DNA from: Dehalococcoidia bacterium
GTDB lineage: Bacteria > Chloroflexota > Dehalococcoidia > Bin125
Reading direction: 5' to 3'
Length of the DNA: 64,000 bases
Assembly (NCBI GenBank): GCA_963662615.2
Contig: CAXXSR010000001.1
Span: forward strand, 1,216,001-1,280,000
How positions within the stretch are numbered: the first letter of the stretch is position 1; each line of letters starts with the position of its first letter. The notes under the pieces were generated by a model, which ran no database searches, was not told the origin of the DNA, and saw nothing but the letters and a program-made list of their open reading frames with translations. Made by a program: the position numbers and the translations under genes. Shown here in pieces: positions 32,132-40,885 of this stretch.

Positions 32132-33192
32132 GCGCCCTCCTCCAGTGCATGGATCTTCCGCGCCTTCGCGATAAGCGGCTCGACGTCCGGCGCGCCGCCG
32201 TCGGGCGGCGGGCCCACGGGATCCTCCACCGCGGCGTTGCCCAGGAGCACGTCGACGCAGTGCCGCGCTGCCCACGCGATCGCCTCCAGGTCGTAGCCGC
32301 CCTCCAGGACGTAGACCGTGCCTGCGCCCAGCTCGGCGCCGACGTCCCGCAGCCGCTCCGCGATGGCGCGATAGCCGGGCCCGCTCAGGTTCTCCATCGC
32401 CAGGGGGTCGCGCCAGTGGGCGTCGAAGCCGGCTGACACGAGGATCAGTTCCGGCTTGAAGCGTTGCAGCGCCGGCAGGATCACGGCGTCGAAGCAGCGG
32501 AGGTACTCGGCGTCGCCGCAACCGGCGGGAAGCGGGAGATTTAGCGTCGCGCCCTCCGCGCTGCCGCTGCCCGTGTCCTCCAACTGACCGGTGCCCGGGT
32601 AGTGTGGGAACTGGTGCGTACTGACGTAGAGGACGTCCGCATCGGCGTAGAAGATGTCCTGCGTGCCGTTGCCGTGGTGGACGTCGAAATCGACGATGGC
32701 GACGCGCTCCGCCATGCTCGCGGCGCGAACTTGCGCGGCCGCGACCGCCACGTTGTTGAGCAGGCAGAAGCCCATCGCCCGCTCTCGCGTTGCGTGGTGG
32801 CCGGGCGGCCGCACGAGACAGAACGTCGCCTCCAGCTCCCCCGTCGCGACGAGCACCGCCGCCCGCACGACGCCGCCGGCCGCGAGCCGCGCGGCCCTGA
32901 GGGAGTGCTCCGTCATGACGGTGTCGGGGTCCAGGAAGACGGGCCGTTCGCTCGCCTCTCGCTCGGCCGCCGCGAGCAGCGCCAGCAGGCGGGAGTCGTG
33001 CACCCGTCGGAGCGCCTCGTCCGCCGCCACCTCCGGCTCGATGGCCGCCATGCGGGAGGCGACGCCGCTCTCGTCCAGGAGCGCTTCGATCGCCCGCAGG
33101 CGCTCGGGGCGTTCCGGGTGACTCGACGTCGTCTCGTGATCCTGGAAGCGGCGGTCGCGCAGGAGGCCCACATTCGTCGTCCGCGGCGCCAT
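32128..33192 (-). CDS. Zn-dependent histone-deacetylase-family amidohydrolase
   Basis: HPERPER, RPPGHH, GFC, DFDVHHGNGTQ, SAGFDAH, LEGGY. Confidence 0.95.
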   Translation of the reverse strand: MAPRTTNVGLLRDRRFQDHETTSSHPERPERLRAIEALLDESGVASRMAAIEPEVAADEALRRVHDSRLLALLAAAEREASERPVFLDPDTVMTEHSLRAARLAAGGVVRAAVLVATGELEATFCLVRPPGHHATRERAMGFCLLNNVAVAAAQVRAASMAERVAIVDFDVHHGNGTQDIFYADADVLYVSTHQFPHYPGTGQLEDTGSGSAEGATLNLPLPAGCGDAEYLRCFDAVILPALQRFKPELILVSAGFDAHWRDPLAMENLSGPGYRAIAERLRDVGAELGAGTVYVLEGGYDLEAIAWAARHCVDVLLGNAAVEDPVGPPPDGGAPDVEPLIAKARKIHALEEGA

Positions 33193-33229
33193 GCCGGCGA
33201 TGCTACCACCTGCTGATATCCTGCCCTCG
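33193..33229. promoter_or_regulatory. Divergent pair of extended -10 leaderless promoters
   Basis: Plus strand: TG-a-TATCCT-7nt-ATG (selB). Minus strand: TG-g-TAGCAT-7nt-ATG (HDAC). Confidence 0.75.
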
Positions 33230-35101
33230 ATGTACGTCATCGGCACGGCCGGGCACGTCGATCACGGCAAGAGCCGCCTGGTGCTGGCCCTGACCGGCAT
33301 CGACCCCGACCGCCTCCGCGAGGAGAAGGAGCGCGGCCTCACCATCGACCTTGGCTTCGCCTGGTTCGATCTCCCCAGCGGCCGCGAGGTCAGCATCGTC
33401 GACGTGCCCGGCCACGAACGCTTCATCAAGAACATGCTCGCCGGCGTGGGCGGGATCGATCTGGCGCTGTTCGTCGTGGCGGCGGACGAAGGCGTCATGC
33501 CCCAAACGCGCGAGCATCTGGCCATCCTCGACCTGCTGCAAGTCAGGCAGGGCGTGGTGGCGCTGACGAAGAGCGACTTGGTCGACGAGGACTGGCTGGA
33601 GCTCGTCACGGCCGACGTCGAGGAGCTGTTGACGGAGACGTCGTTGGTTGGCGCGCCCGTCGTACCATGCTCGGCCGTGAGCGGCGACGGCTTGGATGCG
33701 CTTCGCACCGCCCTCGACGGGGCGCTGGACGGGCTGCCCCCGGTGCGGGACGTCGGCCGCCCTCGACTACCGGTGGACCGTGTCTTCACCATCACCGGCT
33801 TCGGCACCGTCGTCACCGGCACCCTCATCGACGGCAGTCTGCACGTGAGCGATCAGGTGGCGATTGAGCCGGGAGGACGGTTGGCCCGCATCCGCGGTCT
33901 GCAAAACCACCAGAAGAAGGTGGAGGCGTCGCAACCCGGCACGCGCACCGCGATCAATTTGAGCGGCATCGCGCCGGAGGAGCTTGACCGCGGGGTGGTC
34001 GTGACCACGCCCGGCTGGCTCCAGCCGACGCGGGCAGTGGACGTGCGCCTGCGGGCACTCGCCTCGCTCCCGCGGTCAATCAAGCACAACGCTTCCGTCA
34101 CGGCCCACACGGGCGCCGCCGAGGTCCCGGCGCGGGTGCGCCTTCTTGAGGGCGAGGCGCTGGAGCCGGGCCATGAGGCCTGGGCGCAGCTGCGGCTCGA
34201 CCAGCCCGTGGCCGTCGCGCGCGGTGATTTCTTCGTCATTCGCAACAGCGTCACGACGATGGGCGGGGGCCGCGTCGTCGACACCCGGCCCCGCCGCCAC
34301 AAGCGCAATGAAGCGGAGACGCTGGCGGCGCTGGGCCGGCTGCTCGAGGGCAGCCCGGACGACACCGTTCTGACCGTGCTCCAGCGCCTGGAGCCGGCGT
34401 CCCTGGCCGACGTTCGACGCCGCGCGGAACTTGACGACCGGGTCGCGCGCGAGGCCGTCGAGCGCCAGGTCGATGAGGGCGCCATCGTCGTCTTGGACGA
34501 GGGCGGTCTGAGCGACGGCAGCGTGCTCACCACCGCCGCCGGCGTGGAGGGACTCGGCGCCAAAGCCGTGGCGTACACGTCGGAGTTCGTCAGCGAGCAT
34601 CCCCTCCGCAGGGGGATTGCCAAAGAAGAGCTGCGCAGCCGTCTGGGCCTCCCGGCGAAGGCCTTCAGCGCCTTGGAGCGCCGCCTGGTCGCCGAGGGAC
34701 GCCTGGCCGCCCACCAGGGCGCGCTGGACCTGCCCGACCGGCACGTCACCCTGACGGTGGAGCAGCAGAGCGCCGCGGACCAGCTCGTGGAGCGATTGAA
34801 GGCCGCCGGGCGCAGGCCGGAATCGACGGGCCGCGTCGACCCGGAGCTGGCGACCTACCTGGAAGCGCAAGGGTCAATCGTGCGGCTGGGGGACGGGGTC
34901 TATCTTGAAGCCGGCACGCGCGCCGCCATGGCGGATGACGTCGTGTCGGCCCTGCGCGAGCGCGAGAAGATCACGCTGGCGGAGGTCCGCGACCTTCTGG
35001 GCACGAGCCGCAAGATCGCCCAGGCCTTGCTGGAGGACCTGGACCAGCGCCGCGTCACCCGTCGCGTCGGCGACGCCCGCGTCCTGCGGGGCGCCGGCTA
35101 G
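33230..35101 (+). CDS. selB: Selenocysteine-specific elongation factor
   Basis: GTAGHVDHGKS, EEKERGLTIDLGF, DVPGHERF, C-terminal winged helices ending GTSRK..LEDLD..TRRVGDAR. Confidence 0.96.
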   Translation: MYVIGTAGHVDHGKSRLVLALTGIDPDRLREEKERGLTIDLGFAWFDLPSGREVSIVDVPGHERFIKNMLAGVGGIDLALFVVAADEGVMPQTREHLAILDLLQVRQGVVALTKSDLVDEDWLELVTADVEELLTETSLVGAPVVPCSAVSGDGLDALRTALDGALDGLPPVRDVGRPRLPVDRVFTITGFGTVVTGTLIDGSLHVSDQVAIEPGGRLARIRGLQNHQKKVEASQPGTRTAINLSGIAPEELDRGVVVTTPGWLQPTRAVDVRLRALASLPRSIKHNASVTAHTGAAEVPARVRLLEGEALEPGHEAWAQLRLDQPVAVARGDFFVIRNSVTTMGGGRVVDTRPRRHKRNEAETLAALGRLLEGSPDDTVLTVLQRLEPASLADVRRRAELDDRVAREAVERQVDEGAIVVLDEGGLSDGSVLTTAAGVEGLGAKAVAYTSEFVSEHPLRRGIAKEELRSRLGLPAKAFSALERRLVAEGRLAAHQGALDLPDRHVTLTVEQQSAADQLVERLKAAGRRPESTGRVDPELATYLEAQGSIVRLGDGVYLEAGTRAAMADDVVSALREREKITLAEVRDLLGTSRKIAQALLEDLDQRRVTRRVGDARVLRGAG

Positions 35102-36290
35102 GGCGCGACCCGGCCGGCTGCCGACGTCTGCCAAAGCGACGCTGGATGGACCCTTCCTCCCACAGCACGACGATCTGCGCGGCCACGGCGATGGACGAGT
35201 AGGTGCCGGCGATCGCGCCCACCAGCAGCACCAGGACGAGGGGCCGCACCGTCACGCCGCCAATCAGCATCAGCGCCACCAGCGCCAGGATCAGGGTGAT
35301 GGACGTGTTCAGCGAGCGCCCCAGCGACTGCGTGATCGCGGCGTTCACCGTGGGCCGCAGGCGGGAGCCGGGGTCTTGCAGCTGGTTCTCGCGGATGCGG
35401 TCGAATACCACGATGGTGTCGTTGACGCTGTAGCCGATGATCGCCAGCAGGCCCGTCACGAACATCGCGTTGACTTCCACCTCCGCCACCTGCCCCAGGA
35501 TCGAGAACACCCCCACGACGATAGTGATGTCGTGCAGCAGCGCGACGATGGCGGCCGCGCCGTACAGCAGCGGATTGGGCAGGCGCCGGAACGCCAGGCT
35601 GATGTAGATCAGGATCGCCACGGCCGCGATGCTCAAGGCGATGCCGGCGTCCTTCGCGATCTCGCTGCTCAGGATCCCAGACACTGTCGCCGACTGCAGC
35701 ACGAAAATCGGCCCGACCTCCGTCCGCAGGGCCTCGGCAATCTCCGGCCGCAGGGCCTCGGCAATCTCTGGCCGCAGCGCCTCCGAATCCCCGTCGTCTG
35801 GCACCTGGGCGCGCAGCTTGAACGTCGATTCGCCGGTCGCTTGAATGCGCGCATCCCCCAGGCCGATGCCGCGGAGGGCGTCGCGGACGTCGTCCTGCGA
35901 CACGTCGGCCGGGAACCAGACTTCCAGTTCAACGCCGTCCTCCCCAACGTCCGAGTCCACGGTCTGAATCTCCCCGACGTTCGCTTCAAGGGCCGCCTGC
36001 ACATCGTCCAACGGGGGGCCGGCGCCTTCCGCGTCAGGCTGGCCAACGCGCACCACGAAGGTCGCGTCCTCGGTCGCCTCCACGGCCACGTCGTCAAACC
36101 CGGCCCCGCGGACGGCGCCCGCGACGTCCTCTTCCGTCACGTCGTTGAGAAAGCGCGCCTCCAGCTCGATCCCGCCCTCGAAGTCGATGCCGGGATCGAG
36201 CTGCCAGATCGACAGCGCCACGAGGCAGGGCACGAGCAGCCCGAGCGAGATGAGAGCGAAATACCGCCGCAAGCCGACGAAGTTGATCAT
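35055..36290 (-). CDS. secF: Protein translocase subunit SecF with duplicated extracytoplasmic domain
   Basis: GIDFEGG, ALLHD, GYSVNDTIVVFDRIREN, RSLNTS, GTYSSI. Confidence 0.95.
   Translation of the reverse strand: MINFVGLRRYFALISLGLLVPCLVALSIWQLDPGIDFEGGIELEARFLNDVTEEDVAGAVRGAGFDDVAVEATEDATFVVRVGQPDAEGAGPPLDDVQAALEANVGEIQTVDSDVGEDGVELEVWFPADVSQDDVRDALRGIGLGDARIQATGESTFKLRAQVPDDGDSEALRPEIAEALRPEIAEALRTEVGPIFVLQSATVSGILSSEIAKDAGIALSIAAVAILIYISLAFRRLPNPLLYGAAAIVALLHDITIVVGVFSILGQVAEVEVNAMFVTGLLAIIGYSVNDTIVVFDRIRENQLQDPGSRLRPTVNAAITQSLGRSLNTSITLILALVALMLIGGVTVRPLVLVLLVGAIAGTYSSIAVAAQIVVLWEEGSIQRRFGRRRQPAGSRPSRRPAGRGRRRRDG
35724..35783 (-). repeat. 24-nt in-frame tandem repeat (2.5 copies) in secF
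   Basis: ccgcagggcctcggcaatctc(c/t)gg x2 plus a partial copy; encodes EALRPEIA repeats. Confidence 0.9.
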
Positions 36291-38035
36291 CGGTCGCCGC
36301 CTCTGGAACCGGCGGCCGGCTCCGCGCTCCGGCGCGGCCGCCCCGGGGTGGGCGCGTCGTCCTCCGGCATCTCGCGGATGCCGAAGAGCCAGGGCCTGCG
36401 GGCGAGACCGAGGCCCACGGTGAGATTGAGGAACGTGCGCGTCACGAAGATGGCGGTGACCATGCTGAACACGGTCCCCACGAAGAGAGCGATGGCGAAG
36501 GACTTGATCAAGTTGGCGTTGAGCTGGTCGGCAAAGAACCAGAGGATGCCCACCGTGATCAGGGTGGAGACGTTGGCGTCGCGAATGGCGGGCCAGGCGC
36601 GACTCCAGCCGACCTCAATGGCCCCCTGCAGCCCGCGGCCCAAGCGCAGCTCCTCCTTCATGCGCTCGAAAATGAGGATGTTGGCGTCGACCGCCAGCCC
36701 CACCGCGAGCACGAAGCCGGCGATCCCGGCCAGGGTCAGCGTGATGGGCACCAGCTTGAATGTGGCCATCACGACAGAGGCGTACACGATCAGCGCCAAC
36801 GCCGCCATCACCCCGGGCAGCCGGTAATAGAGGACCATGAACAGCGTGATGGCCAGATAGGCCACCAGTCCCGCCTGAACGGTGTCAATCACCGAGTCCT
36901 CGCCCAAGGTGGCGGCGACTTCCGTCTGCTGGATGGTCTGGAAGTTGATCGGCAGTGCCCCGGCGCGGAGTTGGCGGCGCAGAGTGCGCGCCTCCTGGTC
37001 GCTGATGCCGGTAATGATGCCCCGATCGCTGATCACCGCCTGCACCCGCGGCTGGCTGATCAGTAGGCGGTCCACGAAGATGCCCAGCGGGGCCTGATTC
37101 ACAGCGAGACGCTCCGTGAGCTGCTCAAACAGGCGCGCGCCCTCGCTGTCGAACTCGAACGAGAGCGCCGTCTGCCCGCTCTGGTCGATGGTGCGGGAAA
37201 TCGAGTCCGCGATGAGGAAGTCGCCCGTGAGCTGCACCTCCTCCCCCCGGCGGTCGCGGGCGCGGGCCGGAATCCAGCGAACGCCGTCAACCACGATGAC
37301 GTCCTCCGTGGCGTCCCCCAGCGGGAATTCGGCGAGACGCGGCGTCTCGGTATCCAGCGGCTCGATCAGCTGCGGATCGAAGGCGTCCTCCAGCGTCTGC
37401 TCAACGGCGAACGGATCAACGGGTGGCGGCACGAAGCGAAAGAACGGATCGATCTCGCGAAACTCCAGCAGGGCTGTGGAGCCCACCAGGTCGGCCGCTT
37501 CTTCCGCGGTGACGCCGGGGATCTGCGCGCTGATGCGAGTGTCGCCCACGGTCGTGACTTCCGCCTCCGACACGCCGAAGCCGCTCACGCGCTCCGCGAT
37601 GATGTCGCGCGCCTCGGCGATCGCCTCGTTCAAGTCCTCGCCTTCGATGTCCAGCGGCAGGACGAGGCTCTGAATGGTGTCTGGAAGCGGGCGGTCGATC
37701 TCCTCCGGACCCAAGTCCTCCAGCTCCGGGTTGAGATCCAGCAAAGTGGGGATGTCCACACGGTTGCGCTGTGCGAACGCCTCCAGGACCTCCCCGCGCC
37801 GCACCTGCGCCGACTTGCCGGAGGCCTCCAACGTGACGGAGACGCCGCCGGCCAGGTCCAAGCCCAGGCGGAACTCGTCCCGGTCGAAGTTGCCGATATT
37901 CAGTCCGCCGCCGCCGGGCCAGGGGATGAAATCGGGCAGGTACTTATCCGGGTTCCCCGGCCAGGTCACGAACATGCTGAAGCCCGTCACCACGAGGATG
38001 GCGAGCAGCGCGATCTGGTTCTTTCGTCTATGCAC
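36287..38035 (-). CDS. secD: Protein translocase subunit SecD with LysM-like insert
   Basis: LGLDLAGG, GVSE, AGALP, ATLG, AVDANILIFERMKEE, IRDAN. Confidence 0.95.
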   Translation of the reverse strand: MHRRKNQIALLAILVVTGFSMFVTWPGNPDKYLPDFIPWPGGGGLNIGNFDRDEFRLGLDLAGGVSVTLEASGKSAQVRRGEVLEAFAQRNRVDIPTLLDLNPELEDLGPEEIDRPLPDTIQSLVLPLDIEGEDLNEAIAEARDIIAERVSGFGVSEAEVTTVGDTRISAQIPGVTAEEAADLVGSTALLEFREIDPFFRFVPPPVDPFAVEQTLEDAFDPQLIEPLDTETPRLAEFPLGDATEDVIVVDGVRWIPARARDRRGEEVQLTGDFLIADSISRTIDQSGQTALSFEFDSEGARLFEQLTERLAVNQAPLGIFVDRLLISQPRVQAVISDRGIITGISDQEARTLRRQLRAGALPINFQTIQQTEVAATLGEDSVIDTVQAGLVAYLAITLFMVLYYRLPGVMAALALIVYASVVMATFKLVPITLTLAGIAGFVLAVGLAVDANILIFERMKEELRLGRGLQGAIEVGWSRAWPAIRDANVSTLITVGILWFFADQLNANLIKSFAIALFVGTVFSMVTAIFVTRTFLNLTVGLGLARRPWLFGIREMPEDDAPTPGRPRRSAEPAAGSRGGDR

Positions 38036-38175
38036 TGGCTCCCGCGACCCGGACCCGTTCGCCGACCGGAACGGATGCTGCGGCCCTCGACAGCATCATA
38101 CGGGGCAGTCCCGTCCGGGTCATCAGAACGCCGGAGGGCACAAAGAGGGGCATTTCGAACGGCCTCACGCGTCCG

Positions 38176-38625
38176 TCAGCGCCGACGGGCGGGCGACTCT
38201 TCGTCCGCTCCGCTGTCGCCGGCGTCGGAACCGACGCCGCCCGTACGCGCCTCGCCGTTCGCATCCCACTCCCGATCACCCTCACCCCCTGCCACGTCCT
38301 CCGGCCCAGCGTCGCTCGCATTCGTGCCCGCAGAACTCGGCGAAGGTGACCGCGGGGGCGGGAGCCGCTTCGCGATCGCATCGGGATGCGCTTTCACTAC
38401 CACTCCCTCCGCCAGTTCGAGATACAGGATCATGGGCCCGTCCGGTTGGGATTCCACGTCGGTCACGGTGGCAATCAGGCCACCGCTGGTCAGGACCTTG
38501 TCGCCAATTGAGAGCGCATTGAGGTCTCGCCGACGACGGCTTTGCTCCGCGCGCGCCGGGCGGACAAAAAAGATATAGAAGAGCACGACCAGCACGATGG
38601 CGATGCTCAGGACCTCGAACACCAT
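38176..38625 (-). CDS. yajC: Preprotein translocase subunit YajC with acidic C-terminal tail
   Basis: N-terminal TM, FFVRP, GDKVLTSGGLIATV; upstream of secDF; GGAGG RBS. Confidence 0.9.
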   Translation of the reverse strand: MVFEVLSIAIVLVVLFYIFFVRPARAEQSRRRRDLNALSIGDKVLTSGGLIATVTDVESQPDGPMILYLELAEGVVVKAHPDAIAKRLPPPRSPSPSSAGTNASDAGPEDVAGGEGDREWDANGEARTGGVGSDAGDSGADEESPARRR

Positions 38626-38706
38626 TCGCCTCCGGCCTGGAACGGGCCGCCGAGAGAACTCTGGACCATGCTAGCGAGCGGCCGGCGCGCCGTCGTGGGG
38701 CCCGCA

Positions 38707-40275
38707 TCAGGCGCCGGGCGGTGGGCGTTGGGTTCGGGGCGGGTCGCCGGCCGCACTTTCGTTGTCGCGCGCCATTGATCGCGCCAAGGACAGGGCGTCT
38801 TCCTCGCTGCCGAGTTCCCCGGCCGCGGCGCCTTCCTCCACGGCCGCCAGAATGCGCCCGACCAGCGGCCCCGGCCCAAGGCCGGTTGCGGCCATCACGG
38901 CGTGCCCGTCAACCAGCTGCGCGACCGTCGCAGCGGCCTGGGACGGTTGCCAGGTCACAATGCCGTGCACGTGCTCCACATAGGCGGGCCAGCGAGGCAG
39001 CAACCGCTCCGGCCCCACAGTGGCAAGCGAATCGGCGAGGAAGAGCCAGCAGAGGTCCGGCACCGCGTCGCCCAGGGCCTTGTGAAAGCGATGGAGCGAC
39101 CGCGCCGTCGGGGGCTGGCCCGGCGCGCTGATCTGGCCGGGTCGCAGGTGCTGCTCAATGAGCAGCGCCACCCGCTCCACGACCGACCCAGGAAACCGCC
39201 AGCGCTCGAGCGCGTCGCGCGCGGTCAGCGCGCCCAGGGGGGCGTGCCCGAAGAAGCGCGTGCGACCGTCTTCCGTGACGCTACGAGTCGCCGGCTTGCC
39301 CACGTCGTGCAAGAGCACGGCGATGCGCAGAGCTTCCTGGTGCCGTCGCAGCTGCTCGCGTACATCCCCCCAGCGGGACCGGCTCCAATCCCGCCTGCAC
39401 CAAAGCGCCGACCACGCGGTCGCCCCCTCCCAATCGGGCGGCGGCTGCGACGCCAGCAGCGTGTCCGCCCACCGCAGCGCGGCCAGCTGGTGCTCGAAGA
39501 CGTCATAGCAGTGCTGCGGGCGCTGCTCGACCCCACGGCCCGCATCAAGCTCGGGGAAACAGGCACGAAGCAGACCCGTCGCCTCCATCAAGGCGATCCC
39601 CGTCGACGCCCGTTCCGCTGTGAAGATCCGCCGCAACTCCGCGCCAACGCGCTCCGCCGCCACGGCCCGGACCTGGGGCGCCACGTCCCTGATCCCGGCC
39701 TCCGTCGCCGGCTCCAGGCGATAGCCCAATTCGGCGGCGAGGCGGACCCCGCGCAACGCCCGCAGGGGGTCATCGCGAAGAACTCCCGGAGCGGGGATGC
39801 GGATCACGCCCTCGTCGAGATCCGCCAAGCCCGCGTGCTGATCAATGATCCGCTCTCGCCCGATCGCCGCCGGGCCGCCCGGCGGCAGCTCGGCAAGCGG
39901 ATAGGCGAGAGCGTTGATAGTGAAATCGCGGCGGGCGAGATCGGAACGGAGGTCGCCCACCATCTGCACAATGTCGATGTGCCCGGCCGCGAGCGGAAGA
40001 CGGTCGACGCCGATGCGTTCGTCAAGCCGGACCGCGCGCGTCTGCAGGCATTCGGCGGCGAGGCGGGCGAACGCGGCCGCATCGCCGGGGATCGTGAGGT
40101 CGGCCTCCGCCACCGGGCGACCGAGGAGAGCGTCGCGCACGGCGCCGCCTATCAGCAGCGGTCGCGCTTCGCCCTCCCAACGCATCTGGCGGCTGAGCGC
40201 CGCCAGTCGCTGCAACGCGTCCGCCACGGCGGTCACCGCGGACAAGGCGGCGGAGCGCGTCATGGCCCTCCCCAT
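38707..40275 (-). CDS. Class II tRNA nucleotidyltransferase with HD domain (CC-adding-like)
   Basis: GGAVRD, DLARRDFTINA, DDPLRALR, ERV..EL, LLHDVGKP, FFGH. Start at 40275 or 40263. Confidence 0.88.
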   Translation of the reverse strand: MGRAMTRSAALSAVTAVADALQRLAALSRQMRWEGEARPLLIGGAVRDALLGRPVAEADLTIPGDAAAFARLAAECLQTRAVRLDERIGVDRLPLAAGHIDIVQMVGDLRSDLARRDFTINALAYPLAELPPGGPAAIGRERIIDQHAGLADLDEGVIRIPAPGVLRDDPLRALRGVRLAAELGYRLEPATEAGIRDVAPQVRAVAAERVGAELRRIFTAERASTGIALMEATGLLRACFPELDAGRGVEQRPQHCYDVFEHQLAALRWADTLLASQPPPDWEGATAWSALWCRRDWSRSRWGDVREQLRRHQEALRIAVLLHDVGKPATRSVTEDGRTRFFGHAPLGALTARDALERWRFPGSVVERVALLIEQHLRPGQISAPGQPPTARSLHRFHKALGDAVPDLCWLFLADSLATVGPERLLPRWPAYVEHVHGIVTWQPSQAAATVAQLVDGHAVMAATGLGPGPLVGRILAAVEEGAAAGELGSEEDALSLARSMARDNESAAGDPPRTQRPPPGA

Positions 40276-40781
40276 GCCTCGCCACCTTCTTCCTCCGGCG
40301 GCAGATCTGGGATCCGATGCAGCTGCTCCGACGCCTCCAGGTGATCGATGTAGAGGATGCCGTTCACGTGGTTGATCTCGTGTTCGAGAGCCTGGGCCAG
40401 AAGATCGTCCTCAGCGCGGATGCGAATCTCCTTGCCATTCAGCGCCATGCCTTTGGCCACCACCTTGATGGACCGCATGATCTCGCCGCGATAGCCCGGC
40501 ACGCTGAGGCACCCCTCCGTGACAGGACGCACCCCCGACGCCTTCACGATCTCCGGATTGATCATCGCGAAGGGCTCCTCCTCCGGCATCGCGATGGCGA
40601 TCACGCGCAGCGAGACTCCGATCTGCGGCGCCGCGATGCCGACGCCGCTGGCCGCCTGCATCGAGTCAATCATGTCCGCCACGAGCCGGTGGACGGACGA
40701 ATCCACACGGCGGATGCGCTTCGCCTTGGCGCGCAGCACGCCCTGGTCCCGAGGAACGACGGCAATGGCGCGGACAGCCAT
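40260..40781 (-). CDS. def: Peptide deformylase
   Basis: GVGIAAPQIG, EGCLS, HEINH. Confidence 0.95.
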   Translation of the reverse strand: MAVRAIAVVPRDQGVLRAKAKRIRRVDSSVHRLVADMIDSMQAASGVGIAAPQIGVSLRVIAIAMPEEEPFAMINPEIVKASGVRPVTEGCLSVPGYRGEIMRSIKVVAKGMALNGKEIRIRAEDDLLAQALEHEINHVNGILYIDHLEASEQLHRIPDLPPEEEGGEAWGGP

Positions 40782-40885
40782 GACCAGGCTCCCTGCGGGC
40801 GAGCGCGCCGCTGCCGCTTGCCCGTCGCTCCCGCATTCTGGCGCGGCGTTCGCCGAGATGCGAATCGCCGTCTTTGCTGGAGCAG

